NCBI GenBank assembly: GCA_965649765.1 | Contig: OZ287752.1 | Span: forward strand, 26,102,001 to 26,166,000 | Reading direction: 5' to 3' | DNA: 64,000 nt | DNA from: Bispira polyomma | Lineage: Eukaryota | Shown: positions 61,113-64,000 of the stretch, one piece after another | Layout of the letters: each line of letters begins with the position of its first letter | Position numbering within the stretch: the stretch's first letter is position 1 | Program-made: the position numbers and the translations under genes | The notes under the pieces: generated by a model | The model's input: the letters and a program-made list of their open reading frames with translations, nothing else | The model's database searches: none | What the model was told of the DNA's origin: nothing

Positions 61113-61711
61113 ATGTTAACACTTTGTATATGCTAGCAGCCCCTGGGCTTGTGGTGAAGGACAATTGTGTTCTTGTTTTTGGAGGAAATAAAGAAGGGAA
61201 CATTGTGTATAATATATTAGTGGGAGTACTGATTAGCAGAGACTAATATAGTGCGGGCAAAGGATTATCAGAGGATAAAATAGTGCGGGCAAAGGATTAT
61301 CAGAGGATAAAATAGTGCGGGCAAAGGATTAGAAGAGACTAGTATATCTGTGGACACAGCAAACACATCAATGGACGCGATCGTTAACGAGAACAAACTT
61401 CTACTGTATACATAATACTGAGGAGAACATTGATATAACCAAAAACTATAAAAGTGAACACTTACTGTGGAGAGGATTATGCTGTATATAAATAGGGCTG
61501 TAATGCAGGATTTTGACACACAGCAGTACAAAAGTGTGTTGCCATTGGCAACAAACCGCTATAAACCAGAGACAGTAAAAAAAAATGCTACTGGATGACA
61601 GAAAACGAAAACAACAAACCAACAACAACAAACCGAGAGATATGCTAGTGGACTGCAGCCTTGATGTGGAACCATATGACACACCTCTTCTCTAGAGTCG
61701 ACTCCAAGGGG

Positions 61712-61944
61712 GGAGAGCCAGTGTACAAGCTTCATCAAGAATGAAATTTCAGGTAAATAGAGGAATAAAATTCACCACCCCTAAACTTTAAGCCAGGATT
61801 TAGGTAAGGCAAAATGTAGTGACTGGGGAGAGCCAGTGTACAAGCTTCATCAAGAATGAAATTTCAGGTAAATAGAGGAATAAAATTCACCAGGCCCTAA
61901 ACTTTAAGCCAGGATTTAGGTAAGTAAGGCAAAATGTAGTGACT
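61712..61944 (+). repeat. ~115-bp tandem duplication containing a splice-donor-like CAG|GTAAAT
   Basis: GGGAGAGCCAGTGTACAAGCTTCATCAAGAATGAAATTTCAGGTAAATAG... occurs twice. Confidence 0.88.
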
Positions 61945-62605
61945 AAATTTTGAATTTCATTAAATATTACCCCACAATTCTTATCCAAATACCCATTTTT
62001 CCAAATAACATTTTCTGGGTGGCGAATTTCAAATACAGGGGTGAATTCTATATGTTACTAAGCTGTATATACAGGTTAAAATCCTTTTTAAGTGGAATCC
62101 TCGAGGAACCAGTAGAAATACATCTCTACTTGAAATCAGAAATTTCCACTTGACTGGGTAGATTTTTACAATATAAGACTACTTGTAAAACCCTTAGAAA
62201 AAATAGGTTTCTTATTTAGTCTGTATTTATGCTCATTTTTCTCACCAGAGAAAGCCTATTGTAGCCATTTGTTTTTTGCTTGATGCCACGATTGTGGTTA
62301 TTTTAATCAATATATAATTATTTGTCAAAGTTAGTTTACATTTCAAATGTTAAAATTCTTGTGTCTATGTTCTTGTTTTAAACTTCACGCCAGACTAATA
62401 GTGTTTTTTCTTGTAATCTTTCAGTACTGATGCTCACACTTACTGGAGGGGGTTGTAAGAAGTTTTTAACAAGTGAATTGGATGATCACCCCAGAAATGG
62501 GCTACTGTTTATAAACTGGTAAGTGAATGTTGTTTGTACAGACAGTCAGTCTGTAAGGTAAGGAGTGGTCATTATGGCCTAGTGGTTAGAAGTTCCTGCT
62601 TAACA

Positions 62606-62866
62606 GGGGCCGCGGTGGCCTAGTGGTTAGCAAGCATTGCGCTTCACAATTACTGGTCTCTCACCTCTGGGCGGCGTGAGTTCGAATCCGGTCGATGCCT
62701 ATGTGGGAAAGGTGGTAGTTCCTTACTGTGGGCCGCTGGTTTCTCTGCAGAACCTTGACTGACTGTATGCAGTGTTTCCTCCAGCGTTTCCAACTACCCG
62801 TCTCAATATAACCTACTAAAAGGTACTAGAGTGGATGTTAAATATCCAAATTCAATTCAATTCAAA
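62606..62866 (+). mobile_element. Well-preserved tRNA-derived SINE (family A) nested in an older SINE
   Basis: Intact A box TGGCCTAGTGG, B box GTTCGAATCC, (AATTC)n tail; host SINE head at ~62562-62605 and body at ~62870-63020. Confidence 0.85.
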
Positions 62867-64000
62867 TCCTTGTTGGTTTTCTTCATTTTGGAAAGTGTAT
62901 CAGGGACTTGGTTGGTGGTTTACCGTGGCTTTGGCACGGGTTCTTTCCACAATTAATTCTGGCTGTCATGATATGACCTAAGCTGTTGAAAGCGATGTAA
63001 AACCAAACTATAAATTCAAATTCAAGTTGTCTAAAGATGGATCAATTCCACAAAGCAGTATTTTCTGTCATAAGGATATCAACATTAGGAATGAGCATTG
63101 TGCCTGAAAAATTTATGATGTTTAAATCATATTCCCAACATTGTACTCCAATAAATTCGATCATATTTAAGCGAGACATTTTACAAAAATAGAAGCAAAC
63201 TTCAAACCCCAATGAGTTTCAGCCCATGTGTACAATGTAAATTTATAATTTTCTCCATTATATTTTTCAGAAAATCCAGTAAACCCGACTCTGGCACTAG
63301 GAATACAACACAAGCCAAGGAGTCCCTGATGTACTGAGATGACCTTTAGTGCATTGAGCCATTGACTCATCCCTACTTTGAGTGAGTATTGTGTTATTAA
63401 TAGAGTAGGGAATCTAAAATTTTCCCCCTAGAAAGTGCTGTTTTGGTAGAATTGTGGGTAATATATTTGCTGAAATTGAGATTTTTGTGACTATTTTGCC
63501 TAAATTTAAGTTAATTTTTGTCCAGTTGTTATTGACTTGGCTTCAATTTTAGGGGTGGCGAATTTTATAAACAGTGGGGAATTGTATATTCCTTACTCTG
63601 ACTTTGTTGGTTTTAAGTGTACAATTGCAATAAACTTTTATGTCTGTTCCACATGGAGATAAATACTAACAAGGGGCTGCGGACTGGTCCAGTGGTAAGA
63701 AACACATGCTTCCCAATCACTGGCCTCTCACCAATATGGGTTTGAATCCTGTTTGTTCCTTTAGTGGGAAAGTTTGTCCGGTACTTGCAGAAGGGCGGTG
63801 GTTTGCAGTTCTTCAGTACTGGTTTCTTCCACCACTAGTTTCTTCCACCACTAAACATGGCCATCACAATATGACCAAAATTGTTTGTAAAATGAGGTAA
63901 AACCCCAAATAATTTAAAATTTACAAGACCAATTAAAAACAAAGGCTTCTTCAGTTTTCTCTGTTTTATGACATTTACAGAAGACTTTGTACAAATTAAG

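Noticed and set aside
61690-61703. TCTAGAGTCGAC resembles the pUC polylinker (XbaI-SalI)
   Set aside because: Only ~13 bp match and the flanks do not continue as vector; chance is likely.

Overview
AT-rich, intron-rich animal genomic DNA. The repeat repertoire suggests a mollusc-like invertebrate, but that is inference. The main feature is a 26-coding-exon gene on the + strand (12961-40886) that I assembled by hand; every intron is GT-AG, all phases are compatible, and the CDS is 5211 nt (1736 aa). It encodes an apparently chimeric receptor: signal peptide, usherin-type N-terminus (LamG-like, laminin N-terminal, 7 full and 1 truncated laminin-EGF repeats), about 3 IPT/TIG domains with an RRKR furin-type site, a transmembrane helix, a Pro-rich juxtamembrane region, and a MET/RON-type tyrosine kinase domain with RYK-like pseudokinase substitutions (QQGKVG, HKD, DRA). 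Many start and splice junctions of this gene are locally duplicated or amplified in tandem. Also present: a TRIM gene (RING, 2 B-boxes, coiled coil, ~3 TM) broken by a 1-nt frameshift; an orphan 344-aa ORF; a decayed Academ(X)-like DNA transposon split by a LINE with a TSD; a Helentron/HINE-like element carrying two satellite arrays; a TGT...ACA TIR element inside a TA microsatellite; MITEs, tRNA-derived SINEs, a tandem array of tRNA-like heads and an A-rich satellite.
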